Positions 16,140 through 24,685 of a stretch of DNA of 43,579 bases are shown here, piece after piece. A model generated the notes under the pieces. The model did no database searches and was not told where the DNA came from. It worked only from the letters and a program-made list of their open reading frames with translations. The translations under genes and the position numbers were made by a program. Location: positions 1 through 43,579 of the IMG/VR virus record IMGVR_UViG_3300028588_000039, one strand, 5' to 3'. Source of the DNA: a virus. Lineage: Duplodnaviria; Caudoviricetes. The number at the start of each line of letters is the position of its first letter. The first letter of the stretch is position 1.

Positions 16140-16885
16140 TCCACTACCACGGCTTGCCGATCACCCCGGCCACGGCCGCCGTGCGCGCAATCGGCGGCGG
16201 TCACGCCTTCGTTTCGTTTCCGAACTCCGACCAGTTGACGGTCGCGCTGGAGGTGGCACAGTCGATTGCAGTCGACAACGGCGCCTTCGGCGCTTGGCGT
16301 AGCGGGAAACCAGTGACGAACTGGTGCAGCTACTACGCCTGGGTACAGGAGCTGCACCGCTATCCGCAATTCGACTTTGCAGTCATCCCCGACGTCATCG
16401 ATGGCGACGAGGCCGCCAACGACGCTTTGCTCGCGGAGTGGCCTTGGCACGACCGTGCCGCGCACGTCGGCGCCCCTGTCTGGCACCTGCACGAATCCCT
16501 CGCTCGCCTGGATCGGCTTGTATCCGCGTGGCCGCGTATCTGCCTCGGCAGCTCGGGCGAGTTCGCCAAGATTGGCACTCAAGCTTGGTGGACGCGCATG
16601 GCCCAGGCGATGGATGTCATCTGCGACAAGGATGGCCGCCCAGCTGCAAAGATTCATGGCCTCCGCATGCTAGACCCGGCCATTTATACCCGCTTCCCTT
16701 TCGCAAGTGCCGATAGCACGAACATCGGCCGCAACGTCGGGATCGACAGTGCCTGGCGCGGCACGTACACACCACCGACGAAAGAAGCGCGCGCCGCAAT
16801 CATGCGCGAACGCATCGAATCGCAACAGTCGATGACGTTCTGGATCCGCGAGCTGGCGCCGATCCAACTGGGGATGTTTCCATGA
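16136..16885 (+). CDS. TGT/DpdA-like (guanine transglycosylase fold) protein
   Basis: VDNGAF, IPDVI, PVWH, LGSSG, IHGLRM, SADST in the order of TGT-family motifs. Confidence 0.7.
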   Translation: MIHYHGLPITPATAAVRAIGGGHAFVSFPNSDQLTVALEVAQSIAVDNGAFGAWRSGKPVTNWCSYYAWVQELHRYPQFDFAVIPDVIDGDEAANDALLAEWPWHDRAAHVGAPVWHLHESLARLDRLVSAWPRICLGSSGEFAKIGTQAWWTRMAQAMDVICDKDGRPAAKIHGLRMLDPAIYTRFPFASADSTNIGRNVGIDSAWRGTYTPPTKEARAAIMRERIESQQSMTFWIRELAPIQLGMFP

Positions 16886-17922
16886 AGCCCGCCAACATCA
16901 CCCTGCCGGCGCCGCTGACCCCGATCGACTGCGACCTGCGCGACTTCGCCTTCATGCCGCTCGACGTCGTGCGCCTGCGCGACAGCGACCTGGCCGTCAC
17001 CGCGGAAGCCGACGAGTTCCGCTGCGCCGTGTTGCTGTGGTGCGCATCCTGGCACCAGGTGCCGGCCGCAAGCCTTCCTGACGACGACAAGATCCTGGCC
17101 CAGTACGCCGGCTACGGCCGTGTCGTGAAGGAATGGATCAAGGTCCGCACCGGCGCCCTGCGCGGCTGGGTGAAGTGCGCCGACGGCCGCCTGTATCACC
17201 CTGTCGTCGCCGAAAAGGCGAACGAGGCGTGGCTCGCGAAACTGCGACAGCGCCTGAAAACCGAGTGCGCGCGGATCAAAAAACACAATGAGCGGCACGG
17301 GACAAAGCTGCCTTTCCCTGAGTTCGATGCGTGGCTGGAGGCAGGCTGTCCTGTGGGACAACCGCTATTTGTCCCTAGCGACAAACCGCAGATGTCACCG
17401 GGACAGGATGCAGATGTCACTGGTGAAAAGCAATCCAAGGGACAGGGAGAGGGACAGGGACAGGGACAGTTAACTACTAAATCTAAATCGTCGTCTCAAG
17501 CCTCAACCGAAGTTGGCGTCGGCCAGCAACACGACGACGACGACCAAACCGGAGGGTCGAAACGAGCCACAGCCATTGCTGGCCTGCTGCGCGAAAACAC
17601 CATCGAAGCGCAGCCGAGCGACGGAGTCGTCCAAGCTTGGACGGCCGATGCTCGCGTCACCAGGGAGGTTCTGCTGACGGCGATCGAGAAGGCGCGAAAG
17701 TTCAAGCCGGGCGAGGAAATCGGTCTCGCCTACCTCGACAAGACCGTGCAGACCGTTCTGCAACGGCAGGCTGCGCCGGCGCCAGCAAGCCCAGTTGCCG
17801 CGCCACCAGCACCGCCACGCAAGCCCCAAGGCAACGAGCCGAAGGGCACGGACGAGAGCTACGACGAGTGGCAAGCCCGGGTCGACGCGTTCGAGCGCGC
17901 GCAGCGAGGCCGGGCCGCATGA
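16882..17922 (+). CDS. Replication initiator, DUF1376/YdaU-like
   Basis: DCDLRDFAFMPLDVVRLRDS, LWCASWHQVPAASLPDDD, DGRLYHPVVAEKA; internal iteron-like repeats. Confidence 0.8.
   Translation: MKPANITLPAPLTPIDCDLRDFAFMPLDVVRLRDSDLAVTAEADEFRCAVLLWCASWHQVPAASLPDDDKILAQYAGYGRVVKEWIKVRTGALRGWVKCADGRLYHPVVAEKANEAWLAKLRQRLKTECARIKKHNERHGTKLPFPEFDAWLEAGCPVGQPLFVPSDKPQMSPGQDADVTGEKQSKGQGEGQGQGQLTTKSKSSSQASTEVGVGQQHDDDDQTGGSKRATAIAGLLRENTIEAQPSDGVVQAWTADARVTREVLLTAIEKARKFKPGEEIGLAYLDKTVQTVLQRQAAPAPASPVAAPPAPPRKPQGNEPKGTDESYDEWQARVDAFERAQRGRAA
17299..17490. repeat. Candidate replication origin (iterons) within initiator gene
   Basis: GGGACA at 17299, 17355, 17400, 17439, 17451, 17457, 17463, inverted copy at 17370; GCAGATGTCAC twice; short AT-rich run after. 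Confidence 0.55.
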
Positions 17923-18176
17923 ACCGCGAACACGATCCCTGCCGCTGCTGCGCACGGTTCCTGCCCACCGGCGGCCAGAAGTTGCACGAAGACGGGCCGG
18001 GCCACTGCGAAGGCAACGAGCGCGACGCGCATTCGACCGACCATCCGTGTCCGCTGTACCTCGAGCGGGGATCGAGGCGAGCCAGAGAGCTGGCGAAGAG
18101 CAGCCGGGAAACGCTGGCTGAGCTGCAGCGCCGGCACCCCGAGACCATTTCGCGCGCGAGCGCACTGACGAAGTAA
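17919..18176 (+). CDS. Cys-rich hypothetical protein
   Basis: CRCC...GHC...C; ATGA coupling. Confidence 0.6.
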   Translation: MNREHDPCRCCARFLPTGGQKLHEDGPGHCEGNERDAHSTDHPCPLYLERGSRRARELAKSSRETLAELQRRHPETISRASALTK

Positions 18177-18200
18177 CGCAGCGACAACAAGGAGAAGACG

Positions 18201-18629
18201 ATGAATGCAAAGGAACTGGCCATGCTGCTGACTGGCCGCGAGTACACGAATGAGGTTGACCGCACGGAGGAGCATCAGGCCAAGGCCGCCGGCCTGGTCG
18301 TAGCCTTCGGCGCCAGCGACGACCTGCTCGAGCTGCGCGGCGCGATCCACGACGAGACCTACCCGGATGGCGGCATCGGCGCGCGCGTCGACGCCAAAGG
18401 CGTGGTGCCCAGCTTCGAAAGCGTGCTCGACGACGGCGACAAGGACGCGCTGCGCGACTACTTCCAGCGCGAAAACGGCGGTGCCGTCATCCGTGCGATC
18501 TGGGAAGGCGAACCCGGCTACAGCTGGATCATCAGCACCGACGTGCCGCACGAAACCTTCGAGATCGTCGAGGACGGCGAGCCGTACTGCCGCGGCATCG
18601 TGTTCGCCCTGGCCGATATCCCGGCCTGA
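18201..18629 (+). CDS. Conserved phage hypothetical protein
   Basis: GLVVAFGASDDLLELRGAI...PHETFEIVEDGEPYCRGIVF; AGGAGA RBS. Confidence 0.8.
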   Translation: MNAKELAMLLTGREYTNEVDRTEEHQAKAAGLVVAFGASDDLLELRGAIHDETYPDGGIGARVDAKGVVPSFESVLDDGDKDALRDYFQRENGGAVIRAIWEGEPGYSWIISTDVPHETFEIVEDGEPYCRGIVFALADIPA

Positions 18630-18685
18630 TCACCACCCCGCCCGGCCAGCCCGGGCGCACAACAACGATAGGGAGAACCTGAACG

Positions 18686-18892
18686 ATGAAACGAATGCTG
18701 ATCCTGGCCGTGCTGCTGGCCGGCTGCGCGAGAACCGGTAGCGACAATCGCTCCTACGACCCCACGGTGTATGCGGACCGCACCACTGGCTGCCAGTACC
18801 TTGCACCCGGCTTCGATTCCCGCGCATCGCTTACTGCGCGCATCGCCGCCGACGGCAAGACGCACATGGGCTGCAAGGCGGTGCAGCCGTGA
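18686..18892 (+). CDS. Small lipoprotein
   Basis: Lipobox LLAGC; DRTTGCQYL. Confidence 0.75.
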   Translation: MKRMLILAVLLAGCARTGSDNRSYDPTVYADRTTGCQYLAPGFDSRASLTARIAADGKTHMGCKAVQP

Positions 18893-19497
18893 CGCTCGCC
18901 CGCTCCACTGCCCTGCGCACCCAGCTGCGCGAGCGCAAGTGCACCGTATGCAAGGACAAGTTCAAGCAGGCGCGCCCGATGCAGGCTGTGTGCGGCCCGG
19001 CCTGCGCCGGTGCGCATGCCCGCCGCGTCAGCGAGAAGCAGGCGGCGACGGCAGCGCGCGCCGATCGCGTCGCCACCAAGGCCGCGCTGGAGAATTTCAA
19101 GACGAAGGCTCAGTGGACTGCCGACGTGCAGCGCGTGTTCAACGCCTTCATTCGCGAGCGCGACCGCGATCGGCCGTGCATCTGCTGCGGCAAGCTTTTC
19201 GACGAGACCGACCTGCTCACCGGAGGCCAGTGGGACGCCGGCCACTACATCAGCCGCGGCGCCGCCGCACACCTGCGCTTCGAAGAGAACAATGTGCACA
19301 AGCAGCTCAAGGGCCATAACCGCCCTGGCGGCACCACGCGCACCCATTTCCGCGCCGGGATGATCGCCCGCATCGGCCTCGCCGCCGTGGAAGCCCTGGA
19401 GGCCGACCAGACGCCCCGCCACTACACCATCGACGACCTGCGCACCATGAAGGCGGAATACGCCGCCAAGCTGCGCGCACTGAAAGGAAAAGCATGA
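18889..19497 (+). CDS. ninG: NinG/Rap family junction endonuclease
   Basis: RKCTVC, FNAFIRERD..PCICCG, WDAGHYISRGA..LRFEENNVHKQ. Confidence 0.92.
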   Translation: MTLARSTALRTQLRERKCTVCKDKFKQARPMQAVCGPACAGAHARRVSEKQAATAARADRVATKAALENFKTKAQWTADVQRVFNAFIRERDRDRPCICCGKLFDETDLLTGGQWDAGHYISRGAAAHLRFEENNVHKQLKGHNRPGGTTRTHFRAGMIARIGLAAVEALEADQTPRHYTIDDLRTMKAEYAAKLRALKGKA

Positions 19498-19655
19498 CCG
19501 CCCTCGCCCTCATCCCCGCCATGCTCGGCGCCGTCGCCCTCATCGCCTGGGTGGCGGGCCGTCTGGTGCGCCTGCCGGCGCCGACCTGCAGCGAGGACTG
19601 CAACCAGAGCCGGGGCTGCATCTGCGGCGCGGCCACCGGGGAGGTAAAGCCTTGA
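19494..19655 (+). CDS. Small membrane protein with Cys-rich tail (53 aa)
   Basis: TM segment then CSEDCNQSRGCIC; 4-nt overlaps both sides. Confidence 0.55.
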   Translation: MTALALIPAMLGAVALIAWVAGRLVRLPAPTCSEDCNQSRGCICGAATGEVKP

Positions 19656-19978
19656 CCAATCGTCGCAGTATCGCCTCGCGCCTCGAGAACTGGGCCAGGA
19701 GCTACCACCGGATGCGCGGCGCCGAGCAGCTGCACGACCGGCGTGCATTCGACCCGGACGATGCCCTGCTGCTGGAGCAGGCAATGCCTGGGCTGTCGAG
19801 CCTGCAGCGTTCGCTCCTGTGGTGGTGCTACGTCCGCCGCGAGACGCCTGAAGGGGCATGCCAGATGCTCGGGCTCGAAGACCGGCCGGCCCTGCAGTTC
19901 GTCGATGCGTTCGTGCACGCGCGGCTCGCGGTCGAGGCCCTGGTCGGCCACATCTACCAGAAGGAGCTGCAGTCTTGA
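19652..19978 (+). CDS. Antiterminator Q-like protein, copy 1
   Basis: RLENWAR...DALLLEQAM..L...QRSLLWWCYV...ACQMLG; position after ninG. Confidence 0.6.
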   Translation: MTNRRSIASRLENWARSYHRMRGAEQLHDRRAFDPDDALLLEQAMPGLSSLQRSLLWWCYVRRETPEGACQMLGLEDRPALQFVDAFVHARLAVEALVGHIYQKELQS

Positions 19979-20481
19979 CCGAACGCCGCATCACAATCAG
20001 CCTGAACTGGCGCCCAGCCGGCGCACCAGCGCGGCGCCACGACGACTTCGCTGAGGTTCCTTATACTCGGCCGCAGCCGCAGCGCCGGGCTGCGCCAGAG
20101 CACCCTGACACTGGCGACATCGACCAGCGCCTGCAGAATTGGGGCCGCTGGGCCAACTCCGACTACCGGCGCATCAACCGCACTGCCACGGCAGTATTCT
20201 GCGACCGCCTGCGCCGTGAGGCCGGCCTACAGGAATCGCACAGCGACGAGCGCCGCCGGCTGGACGACGACGACGCCTACCGCATCGAACTGGGCCTGCA
20301 CCCGCTGCGCGGCACGCAAAAGCGCATTCTGCGCCTGCACTACGTCGACGGCCGCGCCTGGCAGGCGATCATGCGCGTGCTGCAATTCCCGATCCGGCGG
20401 GATCTGTTCGACAGCCTGCTGCTCAACGCCCAGGTCGCGATAGAATCTGTGGTCGACAACCACATGGAGATACAAAGGTGA
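19975..20481 (+). CDS. Antiterminator Q-like protein, copy 2
   Basis: RLQNWGRWA...DAYRIELGL..L...QKRILRLHYV...IMRVL; TTG start coupled to copy 1. Confidence 0.65.
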   Translation: MTERRITISLNWRPAGAPARRHDDFAEVPYTRPQPQRRAAPEHPDTGDIDQRLQNWGRWANSDYRRINRTATAVFCDRLRREAGLQESHSDERRRLDDDDAYRIELGLHPLRGTQKRILRLHYVDGRAWQAIMRVLQFPIRRDLFDSLLLNAQVAIESVVDNHMEIQR

Positions 20482-20807
20482 CTGCCTCAAATATTCCAAT
20501 GCCTAACAGCACTCAGCATCGCCTCATCCTTGCAGCCTCCAAGGCCGCTGGACTGACCCCAAGCTACGATGTGCAACGCGGATTTATGCTTGATTCCATG
20601 ACGCCGTGGAACCCATTGGAAAGCTCGGGAGACGCGCTTCTAATCGCTGAAAAGCTCATCATGTCGTTCCAGGTCGACCGACGTGGCGCAAAGGCATGGC
20701 TCGGTGAAGATGTTGTTGAAGAAAACAACCCCGGGCGTACGTTCTACGCCGATCTCCGCCTGGCTATCGTCCGTCTTGCAGCGAAATGGTATGAGGCAGA
20801 TGAATGA
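20478..20807 (+). CDS. Phage nin-region protein (WNPL..GDA motif), copy 1
   Basis: PWNPLESSGDALLIAEKL ... RLAIVRLAA. Confidence 0.7.
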   Translation: MTASNIPMPNSTQHRLILAASKAAGLTPSYDVQRGFMLDSMTPWNPLESSGDALLIAEKLIMSFQVDRRGAKAWLGEDVVEENNPGRTFYADLRLAIVRLAAKWYEADE

Positions 20808-21226
20808 ATGATACCGTTCCGAGCGCTTGCCTTGGTGGCATTGACCAGGAGGAGGACGACCTGGACGAGCTGCCGGCGCGCCAGCCCCAGGTGATCCCGG
20901 CCGCCGATCGCGAGCTGCTCGAGCTGGCCGGGCGCGCACTCGGCGCTGTGCGGGTCGAAGACGTTGAAGGTGAGCACTGGGTGAACCTGCGCTTCGCCAA
21001 CGGCACGGTCGCGCACGGCTGGAACCCACTGTTGTTCTACGGCGATACGTTCGAGTTGGCTGCGGCGCTGGAACTGGACATCATGCACCGGGTCGTTGGT
21101 GGTCGCCGCGTCGAGGTCCTGGGTGCCGGAGGTCGGTTGACCGTGGAACGCTACGAGCACGACCGTCTGCCCGCAGCTGCCCGCGCCGTCACGCGCGCAG
21201 CTGCCGAGATTGGCAATCAAAAATGA
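20804..21226 (+). CDS. Phage nin-region protein (WNPL..GD motif), copy 2
   Basis: DRELLELAGRALG, GWNPLLFYGDTFELAAAL, RAVTRAAAEIG. Confidence 0.75.
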   Translation: MNDTVPSACLGGIDQEEDDLDELPARQPQVIPAADRELLELAGRALGAVRVEDVEGEHWVNLRFANGTVAHGWNPLLFYGDTFELAAALELDIMHRVVGGRRVEVLGAGGRLTVERYEHDRLPAAARAVTRAAAEIGNQK

Positions 21227-21242
21227 GATTTCCCGGCATGCC

Positions 21243-21836
21243 TCACTCATCCTCATTCATTTTCGTTAGCCTTTCCAGGACTGCAGGAGGAATGAGCGGC
21301 GTAGCAGGAACTGGTGGTCGCGGCGCTGTTACGTCGGCTCTCCAGTGCACGTCTACAATCCATCGGAAGACACCAAGTATAGCGTCGCGACGTTGATCCA
21401 GCCGCGGCGCATCTAATACGCGCCACTGGTAATGCATATAGGCGACTTCAGGATTTTTTGAGAGGAGCGCATAGTACGCGTCTGCCTCTTTACTAAGCAT
21501 GTCGTCACCCTTAGGAAGAGGCACACCATGGTATGCCACATACCAGCCTTCTCGATTCAAAAGTTCTGCGTAATCCCGCGCAGCCTGCAAGACTGCCCAG
21601 GGTTGAACGTTGCATACATAACATACCGTCAACAATTGATCCAAGTTGAGATCTGCTTCACCAGCTTCTACCTTGCTCCAGGAAGCTGTTGTTCGGCCAA
21701 GTAGTTGATTAACCTCTGCCTGATGCCTGCCCTCTTCGCGCCGTAGCTCTCGCAGTAGCAGACGAATGATGGTGTGAATTGATGTACTTTTTTCGCTAAC
21801 TTTTTGCATAAAATTAATACTCTCAGATATTGACAT
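21243..21836 (-). CDS. XRE-family HTH protein with unknown C-terminal domain (moron)
   Basis: LRELRREEGRHQAEVNQLLGRTTASWSKVEAGEADLNLDQL; lower GC; start may be 21809. Confidence 0.78.
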   Translation of the reverse strand: MSISESINFMQKVSEKSTSIHTIIRLLLRELRREEGRHQAEVNQLLGRTTASWSKVEAGEADLNLDQLLTVCYVCNVQPWAVLQAARDYAELLNREGWYVAYHGVPLPKGDDMLSKEADAYYALLSKNPEVAYMHYQWRVLDAPRLDQRRDAILGVFRWIVDVHWRADVTAPRPPVPATPLIPPAVLERLTKMNEDE

Positions 21837-21858
21837 TTGGAAAGTAATACGATAAATT
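21830..21858 (+). promoter_or_regulatory. Late promoter pR'
   Basis: TTGACA-17-TAAATT downstream of the Q-like genes, with a terminator ~70-100 nt later. Confidence 0.75.
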
Positions 21859-21933
21859 CCAAATTACAACTTATTTCCGTCCTTCAAGACGTGCGCGGGT
21901 GCCTGATGGCAGCCCGCGGCGACTCCGGACCAG

Positions 21934-21966
21934 AAGCCCCGATCAGCGATGATGCGGGGCTTTTGC
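21934..21966 (+). terminator. tR'-like terminator
   Basis: AAGCCCCG...CGGGGCTTTTT. Confidence 0.75.
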
Positions 21967-21978
21967 TTTACTAGCCGA

Positions 21979-22179
21979 TCACTTTTTAAACATCTTACCG
22001 ATCGCGTCAGCATATTGCTGAGTGATTTGTTTCTTTGCTTGCTCCATCATGTCCCCGTACTTTCCGGTGGCTCCGCACTTTACGCACGTCATAACGGTAT
22101 CAGCCTCACGCTCCCCGTTGCTGCTGAACTGCTCGCTGCCACACGAACAGGCAATCTTGACGGTGTAAGAATTACTCAT
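21979..22179 (-). CDS. Small zinc-ribbon protein (ECs_2282-like moron)
   Basis: CSCGS...CVKCG then helix ending KMFKK; AAAGGA RBS. Confidence 0.7.
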   Translation of the reverse strand: MSNSYTVKIACSCGSEQFSSNGEREADTVMTCVKCGATGKYGDMMEQAKKQITQQYADAIGKMFKK

Positions 22180-22547
22180 AAATTTCCTTTCAGGATAGTT
22201 GTTTTAGGAGGATCAATAGTACCGCCTTTGGATATACGGGAAACAACTTTGTTGCATTAATGTTACCGAAACATGTAGGTATATGGACCACTCTTTCTGT
22301 TGAAGCGCAGCGCGTCGGCATCGCTGCACCACTTACCCTCGTCAGGTATGCGTATGGGAAAACCCTGCCTCATGGGACCTTCTGCCAGGCCGGAAAGACG
22401 GCCACCACACGAATGTGATCTGCCAAGTCCACATCCGTGTGGTCAAGCGCTGACGTGCGAGGCTGCCAGTCAGCCGCCACAACATGTCTCCAGCTCCAGG
22501 TTCCGCAGAGCCTGGGGCCTTGCCCGCCGCTTGCGGGCTTTTTTACA

Positions 22548-22964
22548 TCAGCGCAAGATCAGATCCAGCTCGCGGCCGAGCGCCTGAAACGCCGACGCGA
22601 GCGTGTCGATCTTGGTCGCGTGCTTCAAGTCCGTCAGACGGTTGGCCTCTTGCTTGGTCGTGCCCATGCGGCGCGCCAGCTCGGACGGCCCGACGTCCTG
22701 GGTCAGCATCTCATTGAGAAGCAAGACCTTCGACGACGCGCTCAACGGCAACGGGATCATGCGCTCGTCACCCTGCGGCGCCGATGGCATCGGAACCACA
22801 CGGCGGTCATCGAAGTAGATCGTCATGCAGGTCAGAAGCGCGTCGGCCGCCATCGCCAGCGCCTCGGCCTCGTCGTCGCCTTGCGTGATCGCCTCTGGAA
22901 TGTCGCGGAACTCGATAACGAATCCGCCCTCTTCGGCAGGTGTAAAAGTAGCTGGATATTTCAT
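22548..22964 (-). CDS. hicB: HicB antitoxin
   Basis: YPATFTPAEEGGFVIEFRDIPEAITQGDDEAEALAMAADAL plus C-terminal HTH. Confidence 0.95.
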   Translation of the reverse strand: MKYPATFTPAEEGGFVIEFRDIPEAITQGDDEAEALAMAADALLTCMTIYFDDRRVVPMPSAPQGDERMIPLPLSASSKVLLLNEMLTQDVGPSELARRMGTTKQEANRLTDLKHATKIDTLASAFQALGRELDLILR

Positions 22965-23036
22965 GTAATGCCCTTTCGCGGTTATTGCGGGAGGTGTACC
23001 TCAGCAGCGTAGGGAACCCCTTTCGGGGCTCCCTCC

Positions 23037-23210
23037 TTATTTAAGACCTAGTCGTTTCAGAATCCCTTGCAGTGTTCCCGTTTTGATCTCCTTCGAACCA
23101 CGGGGCACTGGGGCCTTTTTACCGTTGAGATGAGCTATCAAGTGCTCCTTCCCTTCGGTGAAGGTGGCGCCCTGTTCGGCTAACCACCTGACCAGCTCCT
23201 TCTGCTTCAC
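23037..23210 (-). CDS. hicA: HicA toxin
   Basis: GTG start with GGGAGG RBS; ELVRWL..QG...EGKEH...VPR..KEIKTGTL.GILKRLGL. Confidence 0.9.
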   Translation of the reverse strand: MKQKELVRWLAEQGATFTEGKEHLIAHLNGKKAPVPRGSKEIKTGTLQGILKRLGLK

Positions 23211-23241
23211 TACACCTCCCTTTCTCGTTGACAGTGATGCT

Positions 23242-23295
23242 ATGGTAAACAAATTTGATTACCAAGTCAACAGTAAAGTAAGCATATTTGAATAC
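23242..23295 (-). promoter_or_regulatory. hicAB promoter and operator palindromes
   Basis: TTGACT (23270-23265)-17-TACCAT (23247-23242); palindrome GGTAAACAAATTTGATTACC 23244-23263 and related site 23278-23295. Confidence 0.75.
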
Positions 23296-23309
23296 TTTTT
23301 AGGAACGCG

Positions 23310-23501
23310 ATGCGTGTCCCGCCTATGATGAGCGCCGAGTTGGATGGTCAGATCGTGCGGCGCCCTGGCGTGCTGGACGTGTTGCAGTACAACGCAGCCG
23401 GCGTGCCGGTGATTTCACGCATGCGGCCGGAGCTGCTGGCCGGCGAGGTGCTCCGAGAGCGCCTCGGTCGCATACCCGCCATCGTCAGGACCGTCCCATG
23501 A
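23310..23501 (+). CDS. Hypothetical protein
   Basis: AGGA RBS, coupled to next ORF. Confidence 0.5.
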   Translation: MRVPPMMSAELDGQIVRRPGVLDVLQYNAAGVPVISRMRPELLAGEVLRERLGRIPAIVRTVP

Positions 23502-23728
23502 GCATCGACCTTCTCACCGTCTACCGCGACCAGATGGTGCGCGCCGTTCTCGGTGAACGCCCGGCCATGCTGGCCAAAGAGGCGGACACCACGATGCTGG
23601 AGCGCCTGGCTCAGCGCTTGGCCGAAGCCGAGGCGGGCATGGAGCTGCTGCGCAACAAGGGATACGGCAAGCGCGGCATGAGCATCCTCGACATGGTCAA
23701 GGCGCTGCCTGACGCGGGCAAGCCATGA
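23498..23728 (+). CDS. Hypothetical protein
   Basis: 76 aa, ATGA overlaps. Confidence 0.6.
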   Translation: MSIDLLTVYRDQMVRAVLGERPAMLAKEADTTMLERLAQRLAEAEAGMELLRNKGYGKRGMSILDMVKALPDAGKP

Positions 23729-23874
23729 CGTGCGCCGCGTGCATCGCCATCGTTGGCGCGCTCGGTCTGGCCGGCTGGTTGTTCATCACCGGACTGGCGT
23801 TCGCGCTGTCCCGCCTGGACCGGCGCCGCTACGTCCGGCAGCTGCACCAGATGCGCCGGGCGACCACCCAATAA
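23725..23874 (+). CDS. Small single-TM protein (49 aa)
   Basis: MTCAACIAIVGALGLAGWLFITGLAFAL followed by a basic tail. Confidence 0.5.
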   Translation: MTCAACIAIVGALGLAGWLFITGLAFALSRLDRRRYVRQLHQMRRATTQ

Positions 23875-24020
23875 CACGTGCAGGCCGCCATCGCGCTCCA
23901 GAGGCGGTATGAATATCGAGCGCAGATCGCCGACGAAACAAGACCAAGAGGCTCCTCCGCAGATGCTTGCGGCCCTGCTTGGAGCGGGCGGCGACAACTA
24001 AATTTTGAAGGATCCGGCGC

Positions 24021-24656
24021 ATGGCCAGAGCGAAGACTCCACCTGCGATCGCGCGCCCTCTTCCGCCGGCAAGCATGGTCGACCCGCTGAGCGCCCGGTA
24101 CCACCCGGCGCCTGACGTGCTGAAGTGGGTTCGCGCCGAGATACTGTCGGACGACGGCCGCCTCCACAATCCCGACCACGCGCACCTCGATCACTGCGAC
24201 GTCAAGTTCCTGTGGGCGCCGGGCAGCTTCCAGAAGCAAGGGCGCACGGTGCTGGGCCTGTGCGAGGAAATGCTGTTTCGCTGCGGGCCATGGCAAAAAG
24301 GCCGCCAGCAACAGCAGATGGCCGACTGGTTCGGCATGGTGCCGGACTTCCTGATCACGCTGGACGCCGATTACTGCCTCCGATGCAGCGACGCCGAGTT
24401 CTGCGCCCTGGTCGAGCACGAGCTTTACCACATCGCGCAGGAGAAGGATGAGTTCGGCGCCCCAGTATTCACCAAGGATGGCCTGCCGAAGTTCTGCATG
24501 CGCGCACACGATGTCGAGGAGTTCATTGGTGTGGTTCGCCGATACGGACCGAGTGCCGATGTGCAGCGCCTGATCGACGCCGCGAAGACTGCGCCCGAGG
24601 TGGCGAAACTCAACATTGCGAGGGCTTGCGGAACCTGTCTGCTGAAGGTGGCATAG
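24021..24656 (+). CDS. Phage putative metallopeptidase
   Basis: LVEHELYH zinc motif, HDVEEF; lies before the small terminase. Confidence 0.85.
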   Translation: MARAKTPPAIARPLPPASMVDPLSARYHPAPDVLKWVRAEILSDDGRLHNPDHAHLDHCDVKFLWAPGSFQKQGRTVLGLCEEMLFRCGPWQKGRQQQQMADWFGMVPDFLITLDADYCLRCSDAEFCALVEHELYHIAQEKDEFGAPVFTKDGLPKFCMRAHDVEEFIGVVRRYGPSADVQRLIDAAKTAPEVAKLNIARACGTCLLKVA

Positions 24657-24685
24657 GCTGACCAGCCCTTTACCGGAAGGCAACC

